A DNA stretch of 64,000 nucleotides from an uncultured Methanosarcinales archaeon (GCA_964344235.1 CAYFMJ010000003.1:16054-80053), one strand, 5' to 3'. Positions 48,484 to 58,440 are shown, numbered from the stretch's first letter. Program-made: numbers and translations. The notes: generated from the letters alone by a model not told the origin.

Positions 48484-48816
48484 ATGATTGAATCTTATTT
48501 GAGAAAGCAAGAGAAGTGGGAGGAAACATCCACTGTTGAAGGGATGGATGCTTTAGAAGGAGAAACTATCACAAAAATTATTCCCTTAGATAAAGACAAG
48601 TATATGATTTTAATGAAAAGTGGGGCTAGTTGCGTTGTTCACACAGCTGGATCATTTACGATTTATACAAAAGAAAAGACAACTAAGATACTGCAAGAAG
48701 TAACTGCCAAAAGTAAGAATTTCAGCATAATTCATTCAAGGGCTAAACTAGCTTTAGATCAGTTGGCACAAGAAAACCAACAGAAGAACGAACAGAATAA
48801 AACGGGGGCTGAATAA
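48484..48816 (+). CDS. Hypothetical protein
   Basis: ORF with tight spacing. Confidence 0.4.
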   Translation: MIESYLRKQEKWEETSTVEGMDALEGETITKIIPLDKDKYMILMKSGASCVVHTAGSFTIYTKEKTTKILQEVTAKSKNFSIIHSRAKLALDQLAQENQQKNEQNKTGAE

Positions 48817-48819
48817 AAG

Positions 48820-51792
48820 ATGGGTGTTTTTAGAGGAGTTAAATATGAGCTTTCGGATGAGGACAGAGTACTTGGCGGAAAGAGTAGAAGCCCAGCAAAA
48901 ATAGCAGCTGCTAAAGTCAATGCTTTAAAGCATGGAAAATCATCTAAGGACCCCACAATAAAAGAAGCAATTACTCCTACATCTAAAGAGAAAGCACTAG
49001 GAATTACGACTTCTGATAAAATCAAGCAGCTTAAGAGATTAAACCCTTTATTTGCAAGTGAAAATAGATTCAATTATTTATATGGGGTTCAGGAGTTCTT
49101 AGGGGAATTACTAGTTTCTGCATTGAGAAAGAAAAAGGAAGGTAAGTCAACAGATTATGAATATAGGCAACTTACTAGATTGAGTTTAGAGTTGTTTGAT
49201 AGATTCTATGGCAAGCCAGATACTATTGTGAATGTACAGCAAAATTTGGAAGTTACGGAAAGTGTTTTACTTACTCCTACGGCTGCACCTGTAGCAGCAA
49301 AAGGATTAATCTACTTTGACAGCACAGCCAATAAGATCAAAGTTTCGGAAGATGGAGCTACGTTTGTAGATCTTGGTGGAGATGTTACAGAAGTAATTGC
49401 TGGTTCTGGATTGACGGGCGGAGGAACTGGTGGAAGTATTACTCTTGATATAGGTTCAAGTACTGGGATAATAGTTAATGCTAATGATATTGCCGTTGAT
49501 GTTGGTACAGGACCAAACCAAATTGTCCAGTTAGATGGGACTTCCAAACTTCCCGCAGTGGATGGAAGTCAATTAACAAACTTACCTTCAACGCCAGGGG
49601 AAACAACAACTGGCGTTAATAGAGAACTTAAGCAACAAATTGAGGTAGTAGAATTATTAGAGGTTAGTAGTTTAACATCTTTAGTTGGTGTTAGTGAAGA
49701 TATAATTGTTGAAACATTCTCTGACGCTGATGGATTTAACAATTTAGTTAATGTTAGTAATACGGATGCTACTCATGATTTGCCTAGCAAAAGATACAAA
49801 GCAGAATTTGTTGCTGGCGGTGGTGGTTTAATCATTGATGATTTTGACAGAGCCGATAGTGCTACCGTAGGAAACGGCTGGACTGAAGTTGAAACAACAG
49901 GAAGTACATGGTCAATAGTAAGTAACAGAGTTAAATGTGATTATGAAGGAAGCAGTGATCCAAATATTCATAAAAATATTGGAAATCAGCCAGCATTTGA
50001 TATCAAGGTTAAGTGGGAATCTACAAATGTTAATATAACAAGGCCCTCTTTAGCGGTAAATGGTGATGGAATCGCACCACAAAATGGTTTATCGATGAGG
50101 GCTACTTCTAGTAGTGGTTTTGGAATTACAAGAAATGGAAGTGTACTTGCTTCTACATCTTTCACTTTCTTAGACAACACTGAGTATTTCTATAGACTAC
50201 AGTGGAACGGCTCTACTTTGAAAGGAAAAGTATGGAAAGCAACAGATGCAGAACCTGGAAGTTTTCAACTAAGTACAAGCACCACTACGGTTACGGACAA
50301 TGAAGTTACTTTATCCTGTATAGCAAATGCAAGTGGTTCTGAGGATGTGTTCTTTGAAGATTTACAATTCGTAGGAGAAACAATAGAAACGATTGATGAT
50401 TTTAATAGAGCAAACTCTGCTACTGTCGGCAATGGATGGACAGAGGATGAAGGTTTTGGGACATGGCAAATTCTTTCAAATAAAGTAAGAGGAGAAAGGA
50501 CATCGGATGGGAAAGTGACTATGTTTAAAACACTGGGTAATAAAAGTAGTATGATTCTTAAATCAAAGGTTAATCGTACAACGACAGTCGCTACTCTCAA
50601 TTTCAGAATGGGATTTAATTCTACTTCCGGAGATGTTAATGCAAGTGGATTAACTCTCCTTGTTGAAGATAGTGGGTCTATTTTAAGTCTATTAAGAGAA
50701 GGTGTAAGTTTAGCTAGTACCACTTTCACAGTTGATGAGAGTACAGATTATTTTATGCAATTATCTTGGGACGGTTCAACGTTCAAAGGAAAAATCTGGA
50801 AAACTTCTGAAAGCGAGCCATCTGGTTACCAACTCTCCGCAAGTACTACAAATTCAACTGGAGATAAAATTGGATTCACTATCAGTGGTGGTGGACCTGC
50901 AACTGGAACAATTGATTGGGATGATGTGGAGATTCCTGCCAATACTGGACTTGCCGCAACCATAGATGACTTTAACAGGGCCAATTCAACAACAATTGGA
51001 AATGGATGGACAGAAGATGTGGGAAACTGGGAAATTTCTGGTAATGAACTAAAGGGGCCAGTTGATAACAGCAATCCGCGAATTACTAAAGACATAGGAA
51101 ATAGAGGGACATTTAACGTAAAAGCAAAGATTAGAAGAGAAGATACTAGTTTTAGATTTAGCATGGAGATCAACAATACAACTCCTAATTTATCTACTGG
51201 AATGAAAATTGCATATGATGATAGTACTTTTAGCATTGGTAGAGCCGCTACAGGACTTGCATCTACACCTCTTTCTTTTCCAGCAAACACAGACCATTTT
51301 ATGAGATTGCAGTTTGATGGAACTGATTTGAAAGGAACCCTCTGGGACGCTTCCGGAGCTGAACCAAGTCCTCAACTTTCTGCAACTACTACAAACACAT
51401 CTGGGACAGGTATCTTACTTCGTAATGATAAAGCTGGAGGAGGCATTGGTCTATCACAGTTTTGGGATGAAATAATCGATGAGAGTATTACTGGCACTGG
51501 ACCGGGGATAACAGAAAGAAAAGTAGAATTAGATTTACCAACTATAAGCGGAACAGTCACTGATACTCAACTTGCTTCCCGATTTAATTTGGAAACTGGA
51601 AATGAAATTAAGTATGAATTGGAAGATGCAAGTGCTAACAAAGATACCGACTTAGCATTTGATACCAAGAATACTCTCACAAATCTTGTATCAAACCCAA
51701 CAAAGTTAAGGATATTGTTAAAACGAGGAACAGGTGGTTCAGTTGACGAACCAAATGTTAAATCAATAGCAATGAGATTATTCAAATCATAA
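48820..51792 (+). CDS. Large tail-fibre-like repeat protein (990 aa)
   Basis: The segment GSGLTGGGTGGSITLDIG...IVQLDGTSKLPAVDGSQLTNLPS resembles the phage tail-fibre / chlorovirus glycoprotein repeat. It is followed by three ~200-aa tandem repeats (IDDF[DN]RA[DN]S.T[VI]GNGWTE... G[ST].[LF]KGK[VI]W...EP...LS.ST). Confidence 0.6.
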   Translation: MGVFRGVKYELSDEDRVLGGKSRSPAKIAAAKVNALKHGKSSKDPTIKEAITPTSKEKALGITTSDKIKQLKRLNPLFASENRFNYLYGVQEFLGELLVSALRKKKEGKSTDYEYRQLTRLSLELFDRFYGKPDTIVNVQQNLEVTESVLLTPTAAPVAAKGLIYFDSTANKIKVSEDGATFVDLGGDVTEVIAGSGLTGGGTGGSITLDIGSSTGIIVNANDIAVDVGTGPNQIVQLDGTSKLPAVDGSQLTNLPSTPGETTTGVNRELKQQIEVVELLEVSSLTSLVGVSEDIIVETFSDADGFNNLVNVSNTDATHDLPSKRYKAEFVAGGGGLIIDDFDRADSATVGNGWTEVETTGSTWSIVSNRVKCDYEGSSDPNIHKNIGNQPAFDIKVKWESTNVNITRPSLAVNGDGIAPQNGLSMRATSSSGFGITRNGSVLASTSFTFLDNTEYFYRLQWNGSTLKGKVWKATDAEPGSFQLSTSTTTVTDNEVTLSCIANASGSEDVFFEDLQFVGETIETIDDFNRANSATVGNGWTEDEGFGTWQILSNKVRGERTSDGKVTMFKTLGNKSSMILKSKVNRTTTVATLNFRMGFNSTSGDVNASGLTLLVEDSGSILSLLREGVSLASTTFTVDESTDYFMQLSWDGSTFKGKIWKTSESEPSGYQLSASTTNSTGDKIGFTISGGGPATGTIDWDDVEIPANTGLAATIDDFNRANSTTIGNGWTEDVGNWEISGNELKGPVDNSNPRITKDIGNRGTFNVKAKIRREDTSFRFSMEINNTTPNLSTGMKIAYDDSTFSIGRAATGLASTPLSFPANTDHFMRLQFDGTDLKGTLWDASGAEPSPQLSATTTNTSGTGILLRNDKAGGGIGLSQFWDEIIDESITGTGPGITERKVELDLPTISGTVTDTQLASRFNLETGNEIKYELEDASANKDTDLAFDTKNTLTNLVSNPTKLRILLKRGTGGSVDEPNVKSIAMRLFKS

Positions 51793-51807
51793 TGGAGGTA
51801 GATAATA

Positions 51808-52086
51808 ATGGCAGATAGATGGTTTAGAGTACCACAAATTGGAGCTGGAACGACAGCTGATCCATTTAGACCTGAAACAAATGGATTGAATCAATGGGCT
51901 AGTGCTGGACAATACGGAGACAACGACTTTCTCGTACGAGTTTATGGGACCACGGCAGAACTTGACGCTTTAGCACTAGTGACTGGAGTAACTGAAGTGA
52001 CAGCAACATTTGATACTGAATACAATACTCTATGGACTACAAGTTTAGGCAAACCCGACATTGAGGCAAAAGTTTTTGCTGCTTAA
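51808..52086 (+). CDS. Hypothetical protein
   Basis: ORF 16 nt after the big gene. Confidence 0.4.
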   Translation: MADRWFRVPQIGAGTTADPFRPETNGLNQWASAGQYGDNDFLVRVYGTTAELDALALVTGVTEVTATFDTEYNTLWTTSLGKPDIEAKVFAA

Positions 52087-52191
52087 GAATGGATCTGTTC
52101 AAATGGTTACAAGAAATAAAGCGGAACACATACTTTCATTTGAAAGAACTAATCGAGAAACTCCACAAAAAATACTTCCAAGAAGTATGGA

Positions 52192-52491
52192 TTGAAGTTG
52201 GACACAATGGTAACAGATACTGGAAAAATAAACGGTAATGTCATCAGAATGGCTGAATTTAAAGGAGAAGTTCTTGCTACTTTGAGGTATCTTAAGGAAC
52301 AGCAACGCGAACATAGAGATGAAGTAAAAACAGGATTTAAAGAACAAAGCGAGGATATTAAGAAAATTTCACGAAACTTGGAAAAGCATCTTAAAAAGTC
52401 AGCTATTCAGAAATGGGTAACTGGTTCAATAGTAGTATGGTTAAGTGCCCTTACTGGTGTTCTTGTTAAAATATTTGTACTTGGAGGTTGA
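52192..52491 (+). CDS. Small protein with a C-terminal TM helix (holin-like topology)
   Basis: Charged N-terminus and a hydrophobic C-terminus. An alternative 50-aa ORF at 52089-52238 overlaps. Confidence 0.3.
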   Translation: MKLDTMVTDTGKINGNVIRMAEFKGEVLATLRYLKEQQREHRDEVKTGFKEQSEDIKKISRNLEKHLKKSAIQKWVTGSIVVWLSALTGVLVKIFVLGG

Positions 52492-52493
52492 AA

Positions 52494-52661
52494 ATGAAAA
52501 AAGACTGGTGGAAATCACGGATGATTTGGATTAATGTTCTAGTTACAGTTAGTGGTATTGCAACTGCTCTTGCAGATCATTTGACAGCAGGAGGAGCATT
52601 GACGGGAATAGGAGTTGTTAATATTGTATTAAGAGTCCTTACAAAACAACCAGTGAAGTAA
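52494..52661 (+). CDS. Small 2-TM membrane protein (55 aa)
   Basis: Manual translation MKKDWWKSRMIWINVLVTVSGIATALADHLTAGGALTGIGVVNIVLRVLTKQPVK. Confidence 0.3.
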   Translation: MKKDWWKSRMIWINVLVTVSGIATALADHLTAGGALTGIGVVNIVLRVLTKQPVK

Positions 52662-52768
52662 TTATTTTTATAAATCTCTTTTCACACAGAAGCCTATACC
52701 ACCTCTTTTTCCCTATTTGGAGTCGAATCCCTACTCCATCAATCTGGCGAGGGAAAGTAGCGCCAGAT

Positions 52769-53224
52769 TTAGGGTTTTTTTAATCGTTCTCCCACATCCT
52801 TCCTTAACGTAGAAACATACAATTTCAATTGCACTTCAACTTCTCGCCATTCTTTATCTGTGATTGACTTTCCTTCATAATGTGTTCTGTTTCTCATAAA
52901 ACGGACTTTCTCAAAGAAATTCCAATCTAATTCTAGTTCAGGAAACTTAACACAGATATATGCAAAACATCCCTGATGGTTACTACATTTGACTTTTTGC
53001 AGGCGAAGCAGAATGTCACACAATTCCCTTAGTGAATCATAATAAAGAAGAAAAATTACACGCCAGTTAATGACTTTCTTAGTAATAAGGGTTTCTGCAA
53101 ACTGTACATTATCAGCAGCAATATCGTACATTCTTTGAAGAGCAAGTTCATCTATATCTTTTTCTCTATACTCTCCTGCTACTGTTACTTTATCATAAAT
53201 TTCTTCAGCTGTCTTTTCAGGCAT
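52769..53224 (-). CDS. HEPN-domain protein (HepT-like toxin)
   Basis: RNRTHYEG is an Rx4-6H-type motif near the C-terminus of a ~150-aa helical protein. Overlaps the MNT gene by 8 nt. Confidence 0.55.
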   Translation of the reverse strand: MPEKTAEEIYDKVTVAGEYREKDIDELALQRMYDIAADNVQFAETLITKKVINWRVIFLLYYDSLRELCDILLRLQKVKCSNHQGCFAYICVKFPELELDWNFFEKVRFMRNRTHYEGKSITDKEWREVEVQLKLYVSTLRKDVGERLKKP

Positions 53225-53759
53225 GAATGCTCACCGTAAATGGTTCTATTTTTCCTTTAACATGTATTCCTGCAAGGATATTAGGTATAACATTCTCAAT
53301 CCTTTTTAATTTTTGCGGGTCTTCGTATTCAAAAAGTTGAATTTCCCTCTTAAAAATGCGTTCAAACTTTCCTTGTTCAAATTCATCAGCATTACCATAG
53401 ATAAATAGATCAATATCACTCTCATAATCCCAATCAGCTCTAGCAAAACTGCCAAAAATAATGACTGTTTTGGCCTTGGGTAAGGAACTGAGGTGTTCTA
53501 AAAATCCTGTCTTTTCAAATTGCTGGAAAGCATAGAGCCTTTTCTCCATCTTGAATTTTACATTTGTGTAGTTAGCAATATAATATGGCATTTTGCCTTT
53601 AGGTCTAAATTTTTTTATGAGCTCTTCCTTAGTTAATTTTTTAAGCCATTTATTGGTGCTAGTTCTACTTAATCCAGACTTCTTTACAAGGTCGTCAAAG
53701 TGCCAGTGCTTCGTTGAATAATTGAAGAATAGCTCTTTAATATTCTCTTTTTGTCTCAT
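53217..53759 (-). CDS. Minimal nucleotidyltransferase (MntA-like) with an N-terminal HTH
   Basis: GSFARADWDYESDIDLFI = GS.AR.....SDIDL signature. Confidence 0.65.
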   Translation of the reverse strand: MRQKENIKELFFNYSTKHWHFDDLVKKSGLSRTSTNKWLKKLTKEELIKKFRPKGKMPYYIANYTNVKFKMEKRLYAFQQFEKTGFLEHLSSLPKAKTVIIFGSFARADWDYESDIDLFIYGNADEFEQGKFERIFKREIQLFEYEDPQKLKRIENVIPNILAGIHVKGKIEPFTVSIHA

Positions 53760-53873
53760 ATTTTAGTACATATATGTGTACTACTTTATAAAGTTTTTGT
53801 TCCTAAATCGCTGTAGTTGTACCTCAGAATAAGTAACAAGCTTTTTAAATGAGCTAAATTATAACAAAATAAA

Positions 53874-55937
53874 ATGAAGTTTACAAGGAATTTATCGGAA
53901 TTGGACAAGGATGATGTCTCATTAGCGGGAGGAAAAGGGGCATCATTAGGAGAAATGATTAAAGCAGGTATCCCTGTGCCAGGCGGATTTGTTGTTCTCT
54001 CTACGGCATTTGAGGATTTTATCGAAAAAACAGATTTAAACGTAGAAATTGACTCTATTTTACATTCTGTTGATCTTAAGAAAATGCATACCATTGAAGA
54101 GGCATCAGAAAAAATTAATGCTCTTATTCTTAATGCAAAGATTCCAAATGAGATAGTGAGAGAAATAAAAGAATTATTCAAAAAAATGGGAGCCTCATTT
54201 GTTGCAGTTCGTTCTAGTGCTACTGCTGAAGACAGCTCAACAGCTGCATGGGCTGGTCAATTAGAGACCTATCTTAATACTACTGAAGAAAATCTTATTG
54301 AGAATATTAAAAAGTGTTGGGCTTCACTGTTTACACCAAGAGCAATATTCTATCGCTTCGAAAAAGACCTGCATAAGCAAAGAATTTCTGTTGCTGTTGT
54401 TGTGCAGAAAATGATTCAAAGTGATGTTTCGGGAATAGCATTCTCGGTTCACCCCGTTACTGAAGACAGGAATCAACTTATTATAGAAGCAGGATATGGC
54501 TTAGGTGAAGCAATTGTTTCTGGTTCTATAACTCCTGATAGTTATGTAGCCGAAAAAGAACCACTGAAGATTCTTGATAAAAACGTGTATGCTCAAGAAA
54601 AATCACTTGTCAAATCAGAAGAAGGTGGTACAGAATGGAAAGAAGTTGCTCAGGCAGATGTTGAAAAGCAAAAATTAACAGATAATCAGGTACTTGAGCT
54701 TACAAAAATCATAATCAACATTGAGGATCATTATGGATTTCCTGTTGATGTTGAATGGGCTTTAGAAAATGGAAAATTCTACCTAACGCAATCTAGACCA
54801 ATTACCACACTTTCAGCGGATACAGGATCTAAGGAAAAATTTTCAGGAGTTCCCGATATTGCAAACGATGATCTTCAGTATCTTCTTGAGCGAAATGAAC
54901 TTTACTTTGTATCTTCTATTTTAGCAGGCGGGTTTTGTGGTGAAGAAAATGTAAAGAAAATATTTGACATTTCTCCTCCAGCGGGAATAGTTCAACGCAA
55001 TGATGACTTTTTCTTAATTAAATCAACATTGATACCATTTACAAAAAAACTGAAAGAGAAAATAAAACAAGAGGGTTATGTAAGAAGAATTATTGAAGAA
55101 TGTCATCAAGCTGGAGCGCAATTACAGGCAGAACTCAAAGAGATTGGAGAGAGGGCTGCAAAAGTAAGAACAAAAGAAGAGATAGCAAGGTTATTAGAAG
55201 AATTTTTTGAAAAAGCAAAAACCTATTGTTCTTTTTATCCAATTGCCCTTTTTGAGAAACCAATGACTGAATTTGCAGAAAAAATTGCTAAGAAATACAC
55301 TAAGGATGACAATGAGATGCAAGAGATTTTTAACTTAATAACAACTCCAAGTCATACTACAGAAGCTGATAAAGAAAGAGATGATTTTCTAAAGTTATGT
55401 GCTCTTGCAGACAAAGGTGAAGATATAAGTCACTTGGCAGAAGAACATGCAAGAAAATATGGTTGGATAGCAATTAGATATCTCAGAGGAAATTTATGGA
55501 AGAAAGAAGATATCCTAAAAAGAGTTGCAGAAGCTGACCTTACCCTTGCAGAACAAGAACTCAAATCAAGGAAAAAACATAGAAAAGGAGTAGAAGAAAA
55601 GTTGCAAGAATTCATTAAAAAAGTGTCAAATGAAGATAAAGAAAGAATTCAACAAATAAGAGAAATTGTGTACTTACGAACACAACGGGCTGAGTATTTA
55701 GACATGTCAACACAGTATATAATTGGATTTCTACATAGGGTTAATGACGAGTTGGGTTTAGACTATGAGGACATGCTTCAATGTAATCTGCGTGAAATTG
55801 TCGATATGCTAACCACTGGTATTAATTTAAAAGAAGAAATTGCAGCTAGGCATAAGGAGCTGCTTGTTTTTCATAATGCTGGAGGGGTTTGTCTTTCTGG
55901 AGAAGATGCTGAGGAGTATATGGAGCTTCTGGATTAA
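53874..55937 (+). CDS. PEP synthase / pyruvate-phosphate dikinase N-terminal (ATP-grasp, PPDK_N) domain protein with a long all-helical C-terminal region; no phospho-His or PEP-utilising domains recognised
   Basis: The N-terminal ~310 aa match PPDK_N blocks (LAGGKGASLGEM, VAVRSSATAEDS, FPVDVEWAL). The C-terminal ~370 aa are K/E-rich helices. Confidence 0.6.
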   Translation: MKFTRNLSELDKDDVSLAGGKGASLGEMIKAGIPVPGGFVVLSTAFEDFIEKTDLNVEIDSILHSVDLKKMHTIEEASEKINALILNAKIPNEIVREIKELFKKMGASFVAVRSSATAEDSSTAAWAGQLETYLNTTEENLIENIKKCWASLFTPRAIFYRFEKDLHKQRISVAVVVQKMIQSDVSGIAFSVHPVTEDRNQLIIEAGYGLGEAIVSGSITPDSYVAEKEPLKILDKNVYAQEKSLVKSEEGGTEWKEVAQADVEKQKLTDNQVLELTKIIINIEDHYGFPVDVEWALENGKFYLTQSRPITTLSADTGSKEKFSGVPDIANDDLQYLLERNELYFVSSILAGGFCGEENVKKIFDISPPAGIVQRNDDFFLIKSTLIPFTKKLKEKIKQEGYVRRIIEECHQAGAQLQAELKEIGERAAKVRTKEEIARLLEEFFEKAKTYCSFYPIALFEKPMTEFAEKIAKKYTKDDNEMQEIFNLITTPSHTTEADKERDDFLKLCALADKGEDISHLAEEHARKYGWIAIRYLRGNLWKKEDILKRVAEADLTLAEQELKSRKKHRKGVEEKLQEFIKKVSNEDKERIQQIREIVYLRTQRAEYLDMSTQYIIGFLHRVNDELGLDYEDMLQCNLREIVDMLTTGINLKEEIAARHKELLVFHNAGGVCLSGEDAEEYMELLD

Positions 55938-56130
55938 GACATTTCACTAACCTTTTCTTTCTTAGTTCTCCAAGTGTTACAGATACTTTTACTAATTGTA
56001 TCTTAAGAGATTTACTGATTTCTGTAGGCGTTATGGGCTCTTCGTATTCATCCAAAATATTCAGCACTTTCTTCCTGCGATAACCTCTTCGTAGCCACGC
56101 CACCAAACGGTAATCAATAGATAAGTCCAT
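55846..56130 (-). CDS. Winged-helix DNA-binding protein
   Basis: The PITPTEISKSLKIQLVKVSVTLGELRKKRLVK helix-turn-helix pattern. Its 3' end converges on and overlaps the preceding gene by ~90 nt. Confidence 0.35.
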   Translation of the reverse strand: MDLSIDYRLVAWLRRGYRRKKVLNILDEYEEPITPTEISKSLKIQLVKVSVTLGELRKKRLVKCLNPEAPYTPQHLLQKDKPLQHYEKQAAPYA

Positions 56131-56212
56131 AGAAAGAACAGGTATCCTATCGGATAAAAGACAGGTTTACCGTTAGATATAACTATTTAACAAGGGCAAC
56201 TTATTTAAAGAA

Positions 56213-56473
56213 ATGAGAAAACAAAAACTAACGAGGTGGTTATTTATGGAAGAAAATAAATTTATGAATAAAGAGGATCTAAGCAAGCTAGCTAAAGAAG
56301 TTGTGAAAATTTTGAAGAATGACGAAGAGTATGCTCAATTTGTTGGTAGCGAAGTTCAAGATTATCTTGAAAAAACTAAAATACGAGAACATATTAATGA
56401 AATTGATGAACTAAAAAAAGAATTTAAACAATTATTATCTGAAGTAAAAGGCAAAGCTAGACAAGAACCATGA
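56213..56473 (+). CDS. Hypothetical small protein
   Basis: ORF only. Confidence 0.3.
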   Translation: MRKQKLTRWLFMEENKFMNKEDLSKLAKEVVKILKNDEEYAQFVGSEVQDYLEKTKIREHINEIDELKKEFKQLLSEVKGKARQEP

Positions 56474-56998
56474 TTTTTACTTCTTTCTTTTCATATACTG
56501 ATTAATGAATCTTTCTAGTACTGTCCAGACTTTTTCTCTTCTTTTCTTGACTTCATGAGTAAAATCAATCCATTTATCTCTATTCCCTCGGAAGGACAAT
56601 GAATCATCCTCGGACGAACCCTTTTTTTTTGCCATGTGGTACAATGCTATTGTCTTACTATATAAATATTTACATTAATTTAGGGCAATCTTTATATATC
56701 TCCTATGTCCCACAGTGACAAAGTGCTACAAATAAAAAAGTACGTAAATGGAAGAAATTTAGGCTTATTTATCCCAAAAAAGAGAAATATAGTATTATTC
56801 TCTCAGAAAGGGATAAGGATAAGTGAAAATTGTACCATGTTAGTGGTGAAAAAGGCAACACAATATCAACCATGCCGTAATCCTAGTTTAAAGGGGGCGG
56901 TATGTGATAGCAAGAGCCCCAACATCTGTTTTTACTTGTTGGGTAGTTAAGAGTTGGAGCTGTGCCTGCTGTCTCCAAAAAAAATGGAGGTGGTAGGT

Positions 56999-57850
56999 AT
57001 GCTACCAAATAGAATAAGGTATGTGAAAATGGGTAAATCAACCCTAGCGAAAAAAATAACGGAAGAGGAATTGCAGACATTCTTTGACGCAATTCCAAGA
57101 GTGACAAAAAGGAGCACGTATTGGCTCACATTGTTTATGACTCTAAGCGATGCTGGGCTTAGAGCAGGTGAGGCAGTGAGATTGAAAATAAATGATATCC
57201 ATCAGGAGAAGAATATCATTACAGTACACCAGCAAAAGAATGGCGTAGATCATGAAGATACGCCTTTTACTCAAAGGTTGAGAGAACAACTCAACAAATT
57301 TATTGCCTTATATCATAAACAAATCAAAGAGAGTGGGGACTATATGTTCTTCACTCAATATACAGTTAGGGGTCAAGATGTTATAGGCGAGGGTGAGCAC
57401 ATTAAGACTTCTAATTTACGAAAGATGTTCAATAAAGTAAGGGCTGAAGCAGCCACTGTCATGCCAAGCATAGGAAGAGCTTATACAAAGAGGACAACAA
57501 AAGACGTTACCAATGGTAATGCTCCATGTAAGGCACTTGGCAGGCCTCTGATGGTAATTACGCCCCACACTTTAAGACATCGCTTTATACAGCGAATAGC
57601 GGACCAGGAGGGACTCTTTAAGGCCCAACAGTGCGCTAGACACCTACATTTTTCTTCTACCTTAGTCTATGCAAAAAAGAGCATGAAAGCAAAAGTTGAA
57701 GCAATAAACAACACGTTTGATTCCGAGAAGAAGGACCAAGCAGAAGAGATTAATGAATTAAAAGAACAGGTTGCAAGCCTTACAAAAATGCTTCAGGATA
57801 ATATGAATATTCTGAAGTTCATTAAGGGGGTGAATGGAGGAAATGAATAA
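56999..57850 (+). CDS. int: Tyrosine recombinase / phage-type integrase
   Basis: Catalytic residues in GLRAGEAV (R), HTLRHRFI (H..R) and LVYAKKS (Y). ATG at 56999 after GGAGGTGG; the track start at 56954 is TTG. Confidence 0.75.
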   Translation: MLPNRIRYVKMGKSTLAKKITEEELQTFFDAIPRVTKRSTYWLTLFMTLSDAGLRAGEAVRLKINDIHQEKNIITVHQQKNGVDHEDTPFTQRLREQLNKFIALYHKQIKESGDYMFFTQYTVRGQDVIGEGEHIKTSNLRKMFNKVRAEAATVMPSIGRAYTKRTTKDVTNGNAPCKALGRPLMVITPHTLRHRFIQRIADQEGLFKAQQCARHLHFSSTLVYAKKSMKAKVEAINNTFDSEKKDQAEEINELKEQVASLTKMLQDNMNILKFIKGVNGGNE

Positions 57851-58118
57851 GCAAGAAACCAAATATCTCTTAGAAGTTTACAAAGATTGTCTAAAACTTG
57901 AAAGGCAGAACCAATTAACAGAGCATGGTGCTGGAATGGGCGAATTAGCTTCTATTCTTCTCAAGAAGCACAGAGAATTCAAGCATCTGAAAGAAAGGGA
58001 GAAATTGAAATGCCTATCTTGTAAGAAGGCTTATTGGGTATCTAATGAAGAGAGATGCGTTTTTTGCGATTCAAAAAAGGTAGTGAAGGCAAATGCCCCT
58101 CTACCAGTTAAACACTAA
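57834..58118 (+). CDS. Small zinc-ribbon protein (CLSCKK...CVFCDSKK)
   Basis: C-x2-C...C-x2-C motif. Confidence 0.4.
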   Translation: MEEMNKQETKYLLEVYKDCLKLERQNQLTEHGAGMGELASILLKKHREFKHLKEREKLKCLSCKKAYWVSNEERCVFCDSKKVVKANAPLPVKH

Positions 58119-58134
58119 CTTGGAGGTAATACCA

Positions 58135-58440
58135 ATGAAAGAAAACAAAAAACTAGCCGTAGGCATAAAAAAGGACTTTACTAAGAAGAAATCCGGAAGA
58201 AAAAGAGTATCACACAGGGAAGTGTGTTATAGAATTCTAAAGGAGAGAGGTAAGCCAATGCATTACAAAAAAATAACGGAAGAAGTTCTAAAGGAATGTA
58301 AGTCAGTAGGTAAGACTCCGCAAAATACAATGTATGCTAGAATGTTAACAGACAAGAAAAGATTCAAACTTCTTGGCAAGGGAAAGTTTGCTCTCTTAGA
58401 ATGGGAAAACAAAGCGAAGGTGATTAAGAATGCCAAATGA
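58135..58440 (+). CDS. Winged-helix (Mrr_N/HARE-HTH-like) small DNA-binding protein
   Basis: VSHREVCYRILKERGKPMHYKKITEEVLK pattern; ATG at 58135 after GGAGGT. Confidence 0.35.
   Translation: MKENKKLAVGIKKDFTKKKSGRKRVSHREVCYRILKERGKPMHYKKITEEVLKECKSVGKTPQNTMYARMLTDKKRFKLLGKGKFALLEWENKAKVIKNAK

Noticed and set aside
56883-57129. Two minus-strand ORFs overlapping the integrase start region
   Set aside because: They lie antisense to the integrase gene and have low-complexity translations.
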